Part shown: positions 27,366 through 38,200 of the stretch, one piece after another
How positions within the stretch are numbered: position 1 is the stretch's first letter
Layout: each line of letters starts with the position of its first letter
Source: Eubacteriales bacterium
Lineage (GTDB): Bacteria > Bacillota > Clostridia > Oscillospirales > CAG-272
Length of the DNA stretch: 64,000 nucleotides
Assembly (NCBI GenBank): GCA_045594785.1
Contig: JAZNZE010000038.1
Coordinates: 5,784-69,783 of the forward strand
Direction: 5' to 3'
Position numbers and translations under genes: made by a program
The notes under the pieces: model-generated
Database searches by the model: none
Seen by the model: the letters and a program-made list of their open reading frames with translations, nothing else
Told to the model about the DNA's origin: nothing

Positions 27366-28061
27366 TTACTTCTTTATGTAATCCTTTATCATTCCAAGAG
27401 TATTGGTCATACGCTTTACGAAGCCGTCCTTCCTAACGTTCTCCTCTTCCTTTTCCCGAGCTTCAATATACTTCTCAGCCTCATCGGTAAGAAAGGCTCT
27501 GTTAGAATCGGATACGTTAAGGTCTACCGTTCTGGAGCTTTCTCCGCTAAATGCATTTTTTATTTTTATAATCGGTTCAATATCCATTTTCAGTCCGTCT
27601 ACAAAAAGGGTTATACGGCTTTCTATATAAATAGAGGATATTTCAAGAACAACCTGCGCAAGCCATACGAGAATCAAAAGAGGAAGCAAAACGGTTTCTA
27701 TCCTGCTTATCTCTTCTTCGGTGAAAGCAAGAAGATAAAGAACTGTGCCAAGAGGGATAGCGTTGAGAATTATTCTTGAAACGTTATAAAAATGTTTTAC
27801 AAATTTTTTTATCTTCTTTGACGAGCTTCCGTTTCTTTTGCGCGTTATAAGATAGGTGACGAAATTAACAGCAGTCAAAGTGAGAAGTGTTATATTTACC
27901 GCAAGAATTCCCCTATCCATTACGGTCGCAAAAATCAGATATCCCAGCATAAATACTGACGAGATTATATTTACGATATAAGAAATAAGCGAGAGCTCGC
28001 CCTTTATAATATTTACCGATGCCATCGTGTGCTTAAACATATTGTTTTCCTTTTTCTTCAT
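27366..28061 (-). CDS. Integral membrane protein of unknown function (about 4 TM, acidic/basic C-terminal tail)
   Basis: ORF with several hydrophobic segments. Start is 3 nt after the stop of the upstream AraC gene. No family recognised. Confidence 0.6.
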   Translation of the reverse strand: MKKKENNMFKHTMASVNIIKGELSLISYIVNIISSVFMLGYLIFATVMDRGILAVNITLLTLTAVNFVTYLITRKRNGSSSKKIKKFVKHFYNVSRIILNAIPLGTVLYLLAFTEEEISRIETVLLPLLILVWLAQVVLEISSIYIESRITLFVDGLKMDIEPIIKIKNAFSGESSRTVDLNVSDSNRAFLTDEAEKYIEAREKEEENVRKDGFVKRMTNTLGMIKDYIKK

Positions 28062-28063
28062 TT

Positions 28064-29266
28064 TTATTTTGTAACAGAAAGTCTGTATTCACTCGGGGTT
28101 TGCCCAAAGCATTTTTTAAAAAGCTTTGAAAAATACTGAACGTCCATAATCCCCGAGCTGAACGCCACCGTCTGTATCTGAAGTCTGGTGTTTCCCAGAA
28201 GATAGCGAGCATATTCCATACGCCGCTCCCGAACGTACTCAGAAACAGTCTTCCCTGTTTCTTTTTTGAATACAGCTGAGAGATATCCGAGACTGATACC
28301 GTGCTTTACGGCAAGACTGCCCGAGGAAAGATTTTCCGAAATGTCCTCATCAATGCTTAAAATGATTTTCTGTACTGTAAGTGAGTAGCCTTTGAGCCTA
28401 TGCTTTCTCACAAGACGGCAGTATGAACGAAACATTTCCTGCATAAGTGCCATATTTTCCGCAACCGTAGGCGCATTTTCAAGCCTTAAAGCAAACTCCG
28501 ATGAAACCTTGTCAAGATAAATCGGGTGAACTCCGCCTCGTTCTGCCGCTTTTCTGAGAAGCGTGTTCATTATTACTCCGTAATTTTTGGCGTTTCTCAG
28601 GGGGTCTGCTACTCTTTTTTCAAAGAACTTTCCCGTGGTCACGTTCGCGAAAGGAAAATCAGAATGCGAAAGCCCCAGCTCTACGGCGCGTATCATTTCG
28701 TTTTCAAAAGCGTATCTTCGCTCCATTGTAGCTCGCATATTGATAGGGGTATCCAAATCCTCTGAATCGGAAACAGATTTGCTTATCGGTTTTGTGCCAA
28801 CATCTTCTTCACCGAAAATTTCCTCTACGGCAAATGACGGAGTTTTCCATATGCGCTCGCAAAAGCTGGTGAGCATAATCATTAGGTGGGAATCATCTGT
28901 AACAACCGGCAGACTGGTATAATACTCGTAAAGGTAACGCAGCTCCTTTTGCGAAAGCTTTCTCTTCTCTGCTATTTCAAGGCAGTCAGCCTCGCCTATG
29001 CTGTCAGCAAGATACGGTCCGACAATCAGCACCTCTCGCCTCTCGCTTTCCGGCAAAAGCAAAAGCCTGTAATGACATTCAAGTCCATCCTTAAGCTTAT
29101 ATAAAGTAGCGCGATTAAGGCTGTCAAAAATTTTACCGAAATTCTGTCTGCCGCCATCGCTGCTGCCAATAAAAGATGCTGCGGCATCCATGGAAAGTAT
29201 TTCAGTATGAACGCGGCTTTTTTCAAATACGTCTCTGAGAAACGAAAGCTCACTTTGATATTGCAT
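28064..29266 (-). CDS. AraC-family transcriptional regulator (long N-terminal sensor region)
   Basis: C-terminal double HTH (...LSAVFKKETGKTVSEYVRERRMEYARYLL...FSSGIMDVQYFSKLFKKCFGQTPSEYR). Start placed at MQYQSEL (29266) after GGAGGTAA. Confidence 0.8.
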   Translation of the reverse strand: MQYQSELSFLRDVFEKSRVHTEILSMDAAASFIGSSDGGRQNFGKIFDSLNRATLYKLKDGLECHYRLLLLPESERREVLIVGPYLADSIGEADCLEIAEKRKLSQKELRYLYEYYTSLPVVTDDSHLMIMLTSFCERIWKTPSFAVEEIFGEEDVGTKPISKSVSDSEDLDTPINMRATMERRYAFENEMIRAVELGLSHSDFPFANVTTGKFFEKRVADPLRNAKNYGVIMNTLLRKAAERGGVHPIYLDKVSSEFALRLENAPTVAENMALMQEMFRSYCRLVRKHRLKGYSLTVQKIILSIDEDISENLSSGSLAVKHGISLGYLSAVFKKETGKTVSEYVRERRMEYARYLLGNTRLQIQTVAFSSGIMDVQYFSKLFKKCFGQTPSEYRLSVTK

Positions 29267-29496
29267 AGCGTTACCTCCGTTTGTGCGTTTCAATAGCTTT
29301 ATACTGGTATTTTACCACTAAATATATTAAAAATCAACAGTAAAACACCAGTGAATATGAAAAAAATACAAAAAAATATTAAATTTTTACTCACGTATAG
29401 CAGGGATTATAATTTATACTATAGATAGAAATATAAAGCTTTTGCAAACAGCAAAAATGATATTTCAAAAAACAAAAACAAAAGAGGACAAAGGCT

Positions 29497-31089
29497 ATGA
29501 AAAAAACACCTGTGCTCGATGCGAACGGAAAACGCAAATTCGGCATGCGCGACAAGGTTGCATATGCTGCGGGCGACCTTGGATGTAATATGAGCTTTTC
29601 ACTTAAGGGTACTGTTCAGACCTTCTGGCTCGTGTTCATGATGATAGAAACAGGACTCCTTTCCATTCTTCTCCTTCTCGTTCAGATTTGGGACGCGGTT
29701 AACGATCCGCTGATTGGCTCACTGATCGACAGAGACAAAAGAAGCTACAAGCTTGGCAAATTTAAAACCTATATCCTTATCGGTGCTATAGGACTTCTCG
29801 TGGGCGGAGCTGCGGTATTCCTTCCATTCCCCGATGCACCGCTTGTTGTTAAAGCAATCCTGTTTGTTTTCGGATATATAATCTGGGATGCTTTCTACAC
29901 AATTGCAAACGTTCCTTACGGCTCTATGCTCTCCGTGGTTACAGATGACGTTGGAGAAAGAGCTCAGCTCTCGACCTGGAGATCTATCGGCTCTATGATA
30001 GGAAATCTTCTTCCCGGCATTATCCTTCCCATGCTTATATGGAAAAAGGTTACATACAACAACGGAAATACCGATTTCCTTGATAAGATTGAGATTCCCG
30101 AAGGCTCTGAGGAAATGTTTACTCCCGATAAATTCCAAAATAATCCCACAACCGGTGAGGCTTACGTAAACGGTGACGAAATTCTCAGCCCTCTTACAGG
30201 TAAGCCCCTTGAGATTCTTCTCGGTGAAAGAGTGTTCATCGCTGCACTCATTATGGGTATTATCGGATTTATTGCATTCATTTTCATGATAAAGACCATT
30301 ACCGTACGCGTAGATGAAAACACCGTAAAAACCAACGAAAGCCACGGTAAATTCAACGTTATAACCGCATTCGGCAAGTTTATGAAAAACCGCCCGGCTG
30401 TAGGTGCAACCCTTGCTGCTATGGGTATGTTTCTCGGCATGAACGCTGCTACCACGGCAAATACCATAATGTTCGCAATTTATTTCAATATGGCGTCTAT
30501 GTCCGGTATCGTTCAGATGATCGGATTTCTTCCGATGTTCCTTTTCATGCCCTTTATCACCAAAATAGTAGATAAGCTCGGCAAGAAAGAAGCTTCGGTT
30601 ATCGGAACTATGGTATCGCTTGTCGGCGGAGTAATTATGCTCATATTCCCCACAATCAAGAACGTTAACGCTGCTCTGGTCGTTTATCTCATCGGTCTGG
30701 TAATATTCGGTATCGGTATGGGTGTTTACACGTGCGTATCCTGGGCTATGATGGGTGACGCTATCGACTACAACGAGTGGAAATTCGGAACAAGAGAAGA
30801 AGGTATGGTTTACTCACTTCACTCCTTCTTCCGTAAGCTCGCTCAGGGTGTAGGCCCATCTATCGTTCTTCTTATAATGGGCGCGCTTGGATACGTTTCA
30901 AAATACGGAACTATAGGTCAGAGCTTAGAAACAGCTCACAATATGTGCTGGCTCGTTGCAGGACTTTATATGTTCAGCGCGGTAGTTCAGTTTATAGGCC
31001 TTGCTCTTGTTTATAATCTCGATAAAAAGACGCTTAAGCAGATGAATGACGAGCTTGCCGCAAGAAAAGGAAACGCTGATTTCTTTTAA
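29497..31089 (+). CDS. GPH-family (glycoside-pentoside-hexuronide) cation symporter, MFS superfamily
   Basis: Conserved DAVNDPLIGSLIDR motif after TM2; about 12 hydrophobic segments. Confidence 0.8.
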   Translation: MKKTPVLDANGKRKFGMRDKVAYAAGDLGCNMSFSLKGTVQTFWLVFMMIETGLLSILLLLVQIWDAVNDPLIGSLIDRDKRSYKLGKFKTYILIGAIGLLVGGAAVFLPFPDAPLVVKAILFVFGYIIWDAFYTIANVPYGSMLSVVTDDVGERAQLSTWRSIGSMIGNLLPGIILPMLIWKKVTYNNGNTDFLDKIEIPEGSEEMFTPDKFQNNPTTGEAYVNGDEILSPLTGKPLEILLGERVFIAALIMGIIGFIAFIFMIKTITVRVDENTVKTNESHGKFNVITAFGKFMKNRPAVGATLAAMGMFLGMNAATTANTIMFAIYFNMASMSGIVQMIGFLPMFLFMPFITKIVDKLGKKEASVIGTMVSLVGGVIMLIFPTIKNVNAALVVYLIGLVIFGIGMGVYTCVSWAMMGDAIDYNEWKFGTREEGMVYSLHSFFRKLAQGVGPSIVLLIMGALGYVSKYGTIGQSLETAHNMCWLVAGLYMFSAVVQFIGLALVYNLDKKTLKQMNDELAARKGNADFF

Positions 31090-31207
31090 CTGCTTCTTCG
31101 GTGTCTGACCCTTGTCGGACACCGAATTTTTAAAAATTCATACGCACTTAATAAAGATTTGCTACTATTATATCAGTATATCAGAATTTTACATCAGGAG
31201 AACTAAA

Positions 31208-33466
31208 GTGAGAAAAATTATTAATCTTAACGAAAATTGGCTTTTTGCAAAGAATACAACCGACCTTAACGCAATCGGTGAGACCGTAAATTTACCTCAT
31301 TCCTGGAACGCTACTGACGGTCAGGACGGAGGAAACGATTATTTCCGCGGCTCTTGCCTTTATAAAAAGACATTGAATAAAGACGAGCTGCCCGAGGCTG
31401 ACCTATACTACCTTGAGTTTTGCGGAGCTAATTCTTCTGCTGACGTTTACGTAGGCGCAAAGCATCTCGCTCATCATGACGGAGGATACTCAACCTTCAG
31501 AGTTAACGTGACCGAGGCTCTTTCCGATTCTGCTGAAATTTCGGTTATAGTTGACAACGCTCCTAACGAAAACGTATATCCTCAGATGGCAGACTTCACC
31601 TTCTACGGCGGTCTTTACCGAAACGTAAATCTTATTGCGGTAAACAAAGCACACTTCGACCTTGATTATTACGGAGCTCCCGGCATTAAAATTACCCCTG
31701 CGGTAGAAAACGGAGATGCCAAGGTAGAGGTTGAGGTGTTCGCCTGCAACCTTGAAGAAGGTCAGAAAATAGTCTATACTCTCTACAACAGCGAAGAGCG
31801 CGAGCTTGATAAAATCGAAACAACTGACAGTAAGGTATGCTTTGAAATAAAGAACGTTCACCTCTGGCACGGAAAACGCGACCCGTACCTCTACTGCTGT
31901 GAGGCTGAAATAGTTATGGGCGAGGAGATAATAGACAACGTTTGCTCAAGATTCGGTTGCCGCACCTTTGAGATTGACGCTGAGCGAGGATTCATACTTA
32001 ACGGTGAGGAATATCCCCTTCGCGGTGTTTCTCGCCATCAGGACAGACTTGGCATAGGTAACGCACTGCTCCCAGAGCATCACGAAGAGGACATGGCTCT
32101 CATACTTGAAATGGGCGCTACCACTATCCGTCTTGCTCATTACCAGCACGACCAGTATTTCTATGACCTCTGCGATGAAAAGGGACTTGTTATCTGGGCT
32201 GAAATTCCTTATATTTCAAAGCATATGCCGACAGCAAGAGAAAACACGGTATCTCAGATGAAGGAGCTTGTCGCCCAAAATTACAATCACCCCTCAATAG
32301 TCGTTTGGGGACTTTCAAACGAAATTTCCATAGGCGGCTCCGATGAGGATTTGCTTGAAAACCATAGAATACTCAACGAACTTGTTCACGATATGGATAA
32401 AACCCGTCTTACCACGATAGCGGCAGTTTCCATGTGCAAGCTTGACGACCCATACCTTCAGATTCCCGACGTTGTTTCCTACAACCATTATTTCGGCTGG
32501 TACGGCGGAGACACATCAATGAACGGCCCTTGGTTTGATAAATTCCACAGCACGCATCCGACTATTCCGATTGGTTGCTCTGAATACGGCTGCGAAGCAC
32601 TTAACTGGCACTCATCAGAGCCATTCCAGGGGGACTACACAGAGGAATATCAGTCGTATTACCACGAGGAGCTTATAAAACAGCTCTTCTCAAGAAAATA
32701 CCTCTGGGCAACTCACGTATGGAATATGTTCGATTTCGGAGCTGATGCAAGAGCTGAAGGCGGCGAGAACGGACAGAACCATAAGGGACTTGTCACTATG
32801 GACAGAAAATACAAGAAGGATTCCTTCTACGCTTACAAGGCTTGGCTTTCTGACGAGCCGTTCGTTCACCTTTGCGGCAAGCGCTATATAGACAGAGTTG
32901 AAGACGTTACAAGGGTTACCGTATATTCAAATCAGCCTGAGGTTGAGCTTTTTGTAAACAGTGAAAGTATAGGTAAGAAAACAGCACCCGACCACTTCTT
33001 CTATTTTGAGGTTAAGAACGAGGGCGAATCAACTATCGTTGCTAAGGCAGGAGAGCTTTCCGACACTTCCACTATCCGCAAGGTAGAGGTATTCAACGAG
33101 GACTACCGCCTCAAAGAACAGGGCGCAGTTCTCAACTGGTTTGACATAAACGCTCCTGAGAACCGCTTCTCTCTTAACGATAAGCTTGGTGATATTATGG
33201 CAACCCTGAGAGGTAAGCTCTGGTTTTTAACGCTTGCTCTTAAAATTAAGAAATCGCTTCAGGGTGACAAAAAGCAAAAGGGCAAGCCTACCGCAGCAGG
33301 CTTTGAGATAGGCGAAGGCCTTATGCAGATGATGGGCGGATTTACCGTTCTCAGACTTACGAGTATGATGGGCGCAATGAACGTAAGCTTTACTAAAGAA
33401 GAGCTTCTCAAAATGAACAAGAAGCTTAACCGCATACGCAAGCCTAAAAGCAAAAAAAGCAAATAA
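31208..33466 (+). CDS. Glycoside hydrolase family 2 (beta-galactosidase/beta-glucuronidase-like)
   Basis: NENWLF N-terminus, RLAHYQHD, WGLSNEI (acid/base) and CSEYG (nucleophile) motifs. GTG start at 31208 after CAGGAGAA; the ORF-track extension has no RBS. Confidence 0.8.
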   Translation: MRKIINLNENWLFAKNTTDLNAIGETVNLPHSWNATDGQDGGNDYFRGSCLYKKTLNKDELPEADLYYLEFCGANSSADVYVGAKHLAHHDGGYSTFRVNVTEALSDSAEISVIVDNAPNENVYPQMADFTFYGGLYRNVNLIAVNKAHFDLDYYGAPGIKITPAVENGDAKVEVEVFACNLEEGQKIVYTLYNSEERELDKIETTDSKVCFEIKNVHLWHGKRDPYLYCCEAEIVMGEEIIDNVCSRFGCRTFEIDAERGFILNGEEYPLRGVSRHQDRLGIGNALLPEHHEEDMALILEMGATTIRLAHYQHDQYFYDLCDEKGLVIWAEIPYISKHMPTARENTVSQMKELVAQNYNHPSIVVWGLSNEISIGGSDEDLLENHRILNELVHDMDKTRLTTIAAVSMCKLDDPYLQIPDVVSYNHYFGWYGGDTSMNGPWFDKFHSTHPTIPIGCSEYGCEALNWHSSEPFQGDYTEEYQSYYHEELIKQLFSRKYLWATHVWNMFDFGADARAEGGENGQNHKGLVTMDRKYKKDSFYAYKAWLSDEPFVHLCGKRYIDRVEDVTRVTVYSNQPEVELFVNSESIGKKTAPDHFFYFEVKNEGESTIVAKAGELSDTSTIRKVEVFNEDYRLKEQGAVLNWFDINAPENRFSLNDKLGDIMATLRGKLWFLTLALKIKKSLQGDKKQKGKPTAAGFEIGEGLMQMMGGFTVLRLTSMMGAMNVSFTKEELLKMNKKLNRIRKPKSKKSK

Positions 33467-33498
33467 TATTTTACAAAATCGCACAAAATTAACAAAAA

Positions 33499-33528
33499 AC
33501 GAGGGTTGTTTTACAGCTCTCGTTTTTG
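33499..33528 (+). terminator. Intrinsic terminator after the GH2 gene
   Basis: ACGAGGG (33499-33505) pairs with CTCTCGT (33517-33523, one G-T pair), followed by TTTTT. Confidence 0.55.
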
Positions 33529-33680
33529 CTATAAATATATAAAAATCCAGAATGTCGATATTTATCCCTTTAAGGCGAAAAATAGCGAAAAATGAAATAT
33601 TATTAAATATTTAATTATATATACCATTACTGCGCACTCTTTGTTATAATGACTGTGTATAATGAAATTTAGGAGTTTTT

Positions 33681-34460
33681 ATGAAAGAATTTTTCGGTTT
33701 TGGCGGATACACGAGAGAGCCTGAGGGCTATATGTCATGGCAGCACCTGCTTTTCGTTACCTCCCTTATGATAATAATGGTATCTCTTGCAACCATAATC
33801 GGTTTGAAATACCGCCACAGAACCTCGCGTGAGAAAAACCTTCCTCTTATTTTTGCCGCTATAATGATTGATACATTCGAAATTTTCAAGATTGTTATTA
33901 TGTGCATAAGAGGTGAAGACGCACTCGGTTGGCTCTATGAGCTTCCTCTGTTTCTATGCAGCATTCAGCTTATTACAATTCCTCTTGCCGCTTTTGCAAA
34001 AGGCAGAGTTAAGGAATCTGCGCTTGATTTCGTATTTATTTTCGGTGTGCTCGGAGCGGTGCTTGGTACTTACGCTGCAGGTCAGAATTACGCATGCTAT
34101 CCCGTTCTTTCGCTCGACAACGTAGTTTCGGGAATAACACATTCTATTTCGGGATTCTCCTCTCTTTACATAGCAATATCCGGCTTATCCAGCATGAAGC
34201 GCAAAAATATGCCGATAACCTTTGCAATTCTCTTTACGTTCTGCATTGCCGCAACGGTTGCAAACTACACGCTTGACTACAACTATATGTTCCTCGTACG
34301 CGGAGACGGAACACCGTACGATATAATATATAATCTCGTAGGGGGTAACGCAATTATTTATCCCATTTCTGTTGTTCTGCTTTTTGTAATTTACATAGTA
34401 ATATTCCACTCGGTATATAACTATTTTAAAGCAAAAAAGGAAACGCGTATTCACTATTAA
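33681..34460 (+). CDS. Integral membrane protein, YwaF/TIGR02206-like
   Basis: Seven or more hydrophobic segments. N-terminal ...WQHLLFV... and overall size resemble the YwaF family, recalled from memory only. RBS AGGAG. Confidence 0.5.
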   Translation: MKEFFGFGGYTREPEGYMSWQHLLFVTSLMIIMVSLATIIGLKYRHRTSREKNLPLIFAAIMIDTFEIFKIVIMCIRGEDALGWLYELPLFLCSIQLITIPLAAFAKGRVKESALDFVFIFGVLGAVLGTYAAGQNYACYPVLSLDNVVSGITHSISGFSSLYIAISGLSSMKRKNMPITFAILFTFCIAATVANYTLDYNYMFLVRGDGTPYDIIYNLVGGNAIIYPISVVLLFVIYIVIFHSVYNYFKAKKETRIHY

Positions 34461-34472
34461 CAGTTATACAAC

Positions 34473-34506
34473 AAAAAACCAAGGTAAAGCTTTACCTTGG
34501 TTTTTT
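34473..34506. terminator. Bidirectional terminator
   Basis: Perfect palindrome CCAAGGTAAAGCTTTACCTTGG (34479-34500), flanked by A6 and T6 runs. Confidence 0.85.
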
Positions 34507-34525
34507 CATTTTCGAGACCTAGTTC

Positions 34526-35143
34526 CTATATCTTTTCATCGGAAATAATAAGCTTTCCGAAAAATTCGGGTCTGTGATAGTCAGGCTCGGGAGTTTCGAT
34601 TTTATTCCAGACCGAGTAATGCTCAATCGGCGTTTCTTCGCCGCACTTATAAAAATTAGCGTGCATCTCACGCTCTACTGACGAAAAATGCTTTTCAATG
34701 AATGAAAACGGAATAAATACGCAAAGCTTCCAGCCTTTTTCAAACTCTATGAGAGTTTGAAATTCAACACCTTCTTCGCAAGGACTGAGAGCCTTCCTTT
34801 TATAACGGTCTACACCTATATAGCAAAGAGGCACGGAAGCGGCATTAGCTTCGATATTTATATATTCCTTGTCAGAGGTATTTGCGGTAAAAAAGAACTC
34901 CATACAGCTATCTAAGCAAACCTCGTCATTAAGCTTTGCAGCCTTTACCGAAATAGGCCATTCGCTCGTTTCCATTCTCAAAATAAGTCCACCGTCACAG
35001 TGAACGAGGCGAGCAAGGGTTGCATAATTCTTCGGAAATGCACCCCACCAGCCCTCGTTAAGCTTGGCGGCGGGTACTTTTTCCCATTCGGCATCGTCAA
35101 TTTTCAGCTTTGAAGCCACCTTTTTTACAATATATTCATTCAT
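34526..35143 (-). CDS. Carbohydrate-binding family 9-like (CBM9_2/DOMON-like) protein
   Basis: 205 aa. ...DSCMEFFF...YINIEANA... and C-terminal ANFYKCGEE...HYSVWNKI...PDYHRPEFFGKL match the pattern of this family as I recall it. Confidence 0.55.
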   Translation of the reverse strand: MNEYIVKKVASKLKIDDAEWEKVPAAKLNEGWWGAFPKNYATLARLVHCDGGLILRMETSEWPISVKAAKLNDEVCLDSCMEFFFTANTSDKEYINIEANAASVPLCYIGVDRYKRKALSPCEEGVEFQTLIEFEKGWKLCVFIPFSFIEKHFSSVEREMHANFYKCGEETPIEHYSVWNKIETPEPDYHRPEFFGKLIISDEKI

Positions 35144-35203
35144 AATATTTTATCCTCATTACTTAAACGACCTGCGTTTCCGCAGGCCGTTTTTTTGTTA
35201 CTG

Positions 35204-38200
35204 TTATACGATAGTTGCTCTGTATGCTGCTACTGCAACACCGAACTCATACATAGCCTTTGCAAGAGAATTATCAGTTGCATTGATATATGCCTTTGCA
35301 GAATAAGTACCGGTCACAACGGTGGGGGCTGCGCCTTCCTCTGCTGCAGGTACGGTTACAGTAATCTTAACAGCGCCTACAAGGTCGTAAACTCTCGTCT
35401 GATTAGTGAGCTTAGAGTTAGCTACAGTCGTAGATTCGCGAACCGAAAGTGCTTCTTCCGTATCAAGCTTAGTAACAGAAACCTCTGCTCCTAAGTCGAT
35501 TGCAGCCTGCGTAAGAGTGATTACGTATCCGGCATAAGAGCCGTCAAGCATAAATCTTATCGAGGTTATGTAGTCACTAAGTCCGGCTATGTCAACCGTC
35601 TCGTCAGCATAAGATTCTTTTGCTCCAAGCTCTGCAATTTCTCCGAGAGCTATGAGCTCGTCAAACTTCTCGCTTACCTCAAGAGAGGTTACAAGTCTTG
35701 CCTCTTTAACGTATCTTACGAAGTTTGCTACTGCAGCCTTTTCGGCATCGCTTTCGGGATTTGAAAGAACGGCTTCAGCATAGATAAGCGCGTTCGTTAC
35801 AAGGACGTCTGAGTATTCAACACCGTCCTTGGTAAAGGTTACGGTTGATTCAAAGTCTTCAGAAATCTCTGCAGTAGTGTTATCCTTTGTATACGCCCAG
35901 TATTCCTTACCGTCTATAGTTACGATAAAGGATTCTTCCGAGAATCCGGAAACTGCGGGTGTAGTAACACCCTCGGTAACGGGAAGATAAAGCACGGTGT
36001 TAAACTTATTATAGTATATGTAGTTAAACTTCGCAAGCGTTATCTTTCCTGCATAAGCTGTATCCTCGTCAACAACGGGATTTGCCTTGAAGGTATAGGA
36101 AACTGCATCGGTAACCAGCAAATCAGCATCATTATTCTCTTCGTCAAGCCATTTAGTGACAAGAACTCCTACCCAACCGTTTTCAAGAGCAACTATATGC
36201 TCGGGCGCGGTTGCTATAGTGCCTCTCAGCTCGTCAACAGCCTTGATTACCTCACCGTTCTCGTCAAGCCAGGTAACCGTTACGTAAACATCGGTATAGA
36301 GAGCAACCTGCTTTACGAAGCTGATATCCCTATCTGCAAACGCGAAATCGAATACGGGAAGCTTAGTTTCAGCGTCAATGGTTATTCTGCTGTTTGTGGG
36401 AAGGCTATAGGTAATAGTCTGAGCCTTATCCATCATAATGCAACCGTCAGATACGTTTCCGCGGTTGTAAAGGTTAGGTGTGTTTCCAATGATTACGTCC
36501 TTACCGAAGTTCGCGAGATAGGTTGCGCTCTCGTTAGAATAATTGTAGAGACGGCAATTTGTGTAAGTCAGAGTGTGATTAGTTGACTCAAGGAGAAGCG
36601 AAACGGATGCGTTATCCGATATAACATCACAGTTATCAAAGACTATGTTAGCCTTTGCAGCGCCCTGCATACGAATAAGTCGAACGTTAGTCTGAAGAAC
36701 CGATGCAGCGGGAAGATAGAAGAGAGAATCCTTCGCGGTAAAATTAACCGTTCCCGCAAGGTAGAGACAGTCGTATCCCCAGCCGCCCGTTGTTTCAGAG
36801 CCGGGAGTTCTGTAGAATCTGCAGTTAGTGATATTTATATTCTGCTCAGGGCTTGTGTTATGCGAGCCGTACTGAATATTGAGGGCAAAGATATCCATAT
36901 TCTCAATATTGAAGGTTCCGCCCGCGCAATAATTGTATATAAACGAGCCGCCCTTAACAGAACTTGCCTCGTATCTTTCAAGCTTGCCGTTCTCATCGTA
37001 CCAAGCAGTACCGTCTACCGAAACGCTTCTGAGAACCGCGCCTTCCTTAGAAGAGGTAATAGTAAGATTGATTCCCTTTACGTTTGAAATGGTGAATATG
37101 AATTCTGCGCTTGTCGTAGCGGTTCCGTCTACGTACGTACCCGAAGCCGCATCGTAATTCTTAACCGCGCCGTAGAGGTTAACTCTGGTAAGCGTGTGAC
37201 CGTTGAGGTCAATTTTTAATGCAGCATTTGCGGGAAGCGCAAAGCTCTTATAGTATTCTATATCGCTGTAAAGAACTATCGTTTCAACGCCTGCGGTTGC
37301 AATAGCGCTTGCAATATTAGCTTCAAACTCATCTTCCATAAAGAAGGAATACTCGCCGCTCGCATCGATAAGAGCACCGTCATATTTTACAATATTGTAT
37401 ACGGGATAGAGGTAAAGAGTACCCGCTGCAACCTGCTCATCAGTAACTGCGGTAAGAGCTTCTGCCTCTCCGCCCTTTGTGTAAGACCAGCCGAGGAACT
37501 CTGCATAGACACCCTCTTTATTGATAAAGGTGCTCGCATTGTACTCGGGAACGTAGCCGAGCGCAACTATAGAGGTTGCGGTAAGCTCGTGTCCGATACC
37601 GCTTCCAAAGCAGGTGCATTCTTCATCGGAGCACGCAGGGTCCCATACAACGTTTACAAGCTTATCGGAAAGCGCAAATTCAAAAACGTCACCGTTTACG
37701 GTAGGAACGTAGCCTGTATTGCTGAAATAATCGAAGGCAAAGCCGTTCATATTAACGTTCATTGTCTTGTTTATTTCGTAAGTGCCTACGGTATCCTTCA
37801 TAACGGTAAGAATATTCGTTTCGTTAGCCGCCTCGAAAGCCGCGTTGAAATCGTCATACCAAGTAACGTTACCGGTCTCTTTATCGGTAAGGGTAGCTTC
37901 GGTCTGACCGTAAGGCATCTCATAATCTTCGTTATAGATGTAAGATGCAACCGCTGCGTTATCATATCCTTCGGGATAGAAGGTAAACTTCATATTATCG
38001 TAGGAAATTTTCTCACCGCTCGTAGAATCTCTGTAGGGCGAATAAAGGCTTATCGTACCTACGGAAAGTCTGTCAAGCTTAAGGTTATCGTTTTCGTCTG
38101 CAAGACCTTCTACTATAAGATTTCCGCCCTCATCATAAGCATCATTCCAGTTTGTGAAGGTGTATCTACCATCCTTAGCGGAGAAAGCGGTAACGTTATA

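Noticed and set aside
35168-35197. Hairpin ACGaCCTGCG/CGCAGGcCGT with a T7 run on the plus strand, lying between two minus-strand genes
   Set aside because: The orientation of the U-tract does not fit either flanking gene. On the minus strand the trailing tract is only TTTAA. It may act as a weak or bidirectional terminator, but I could not justify a confident call.
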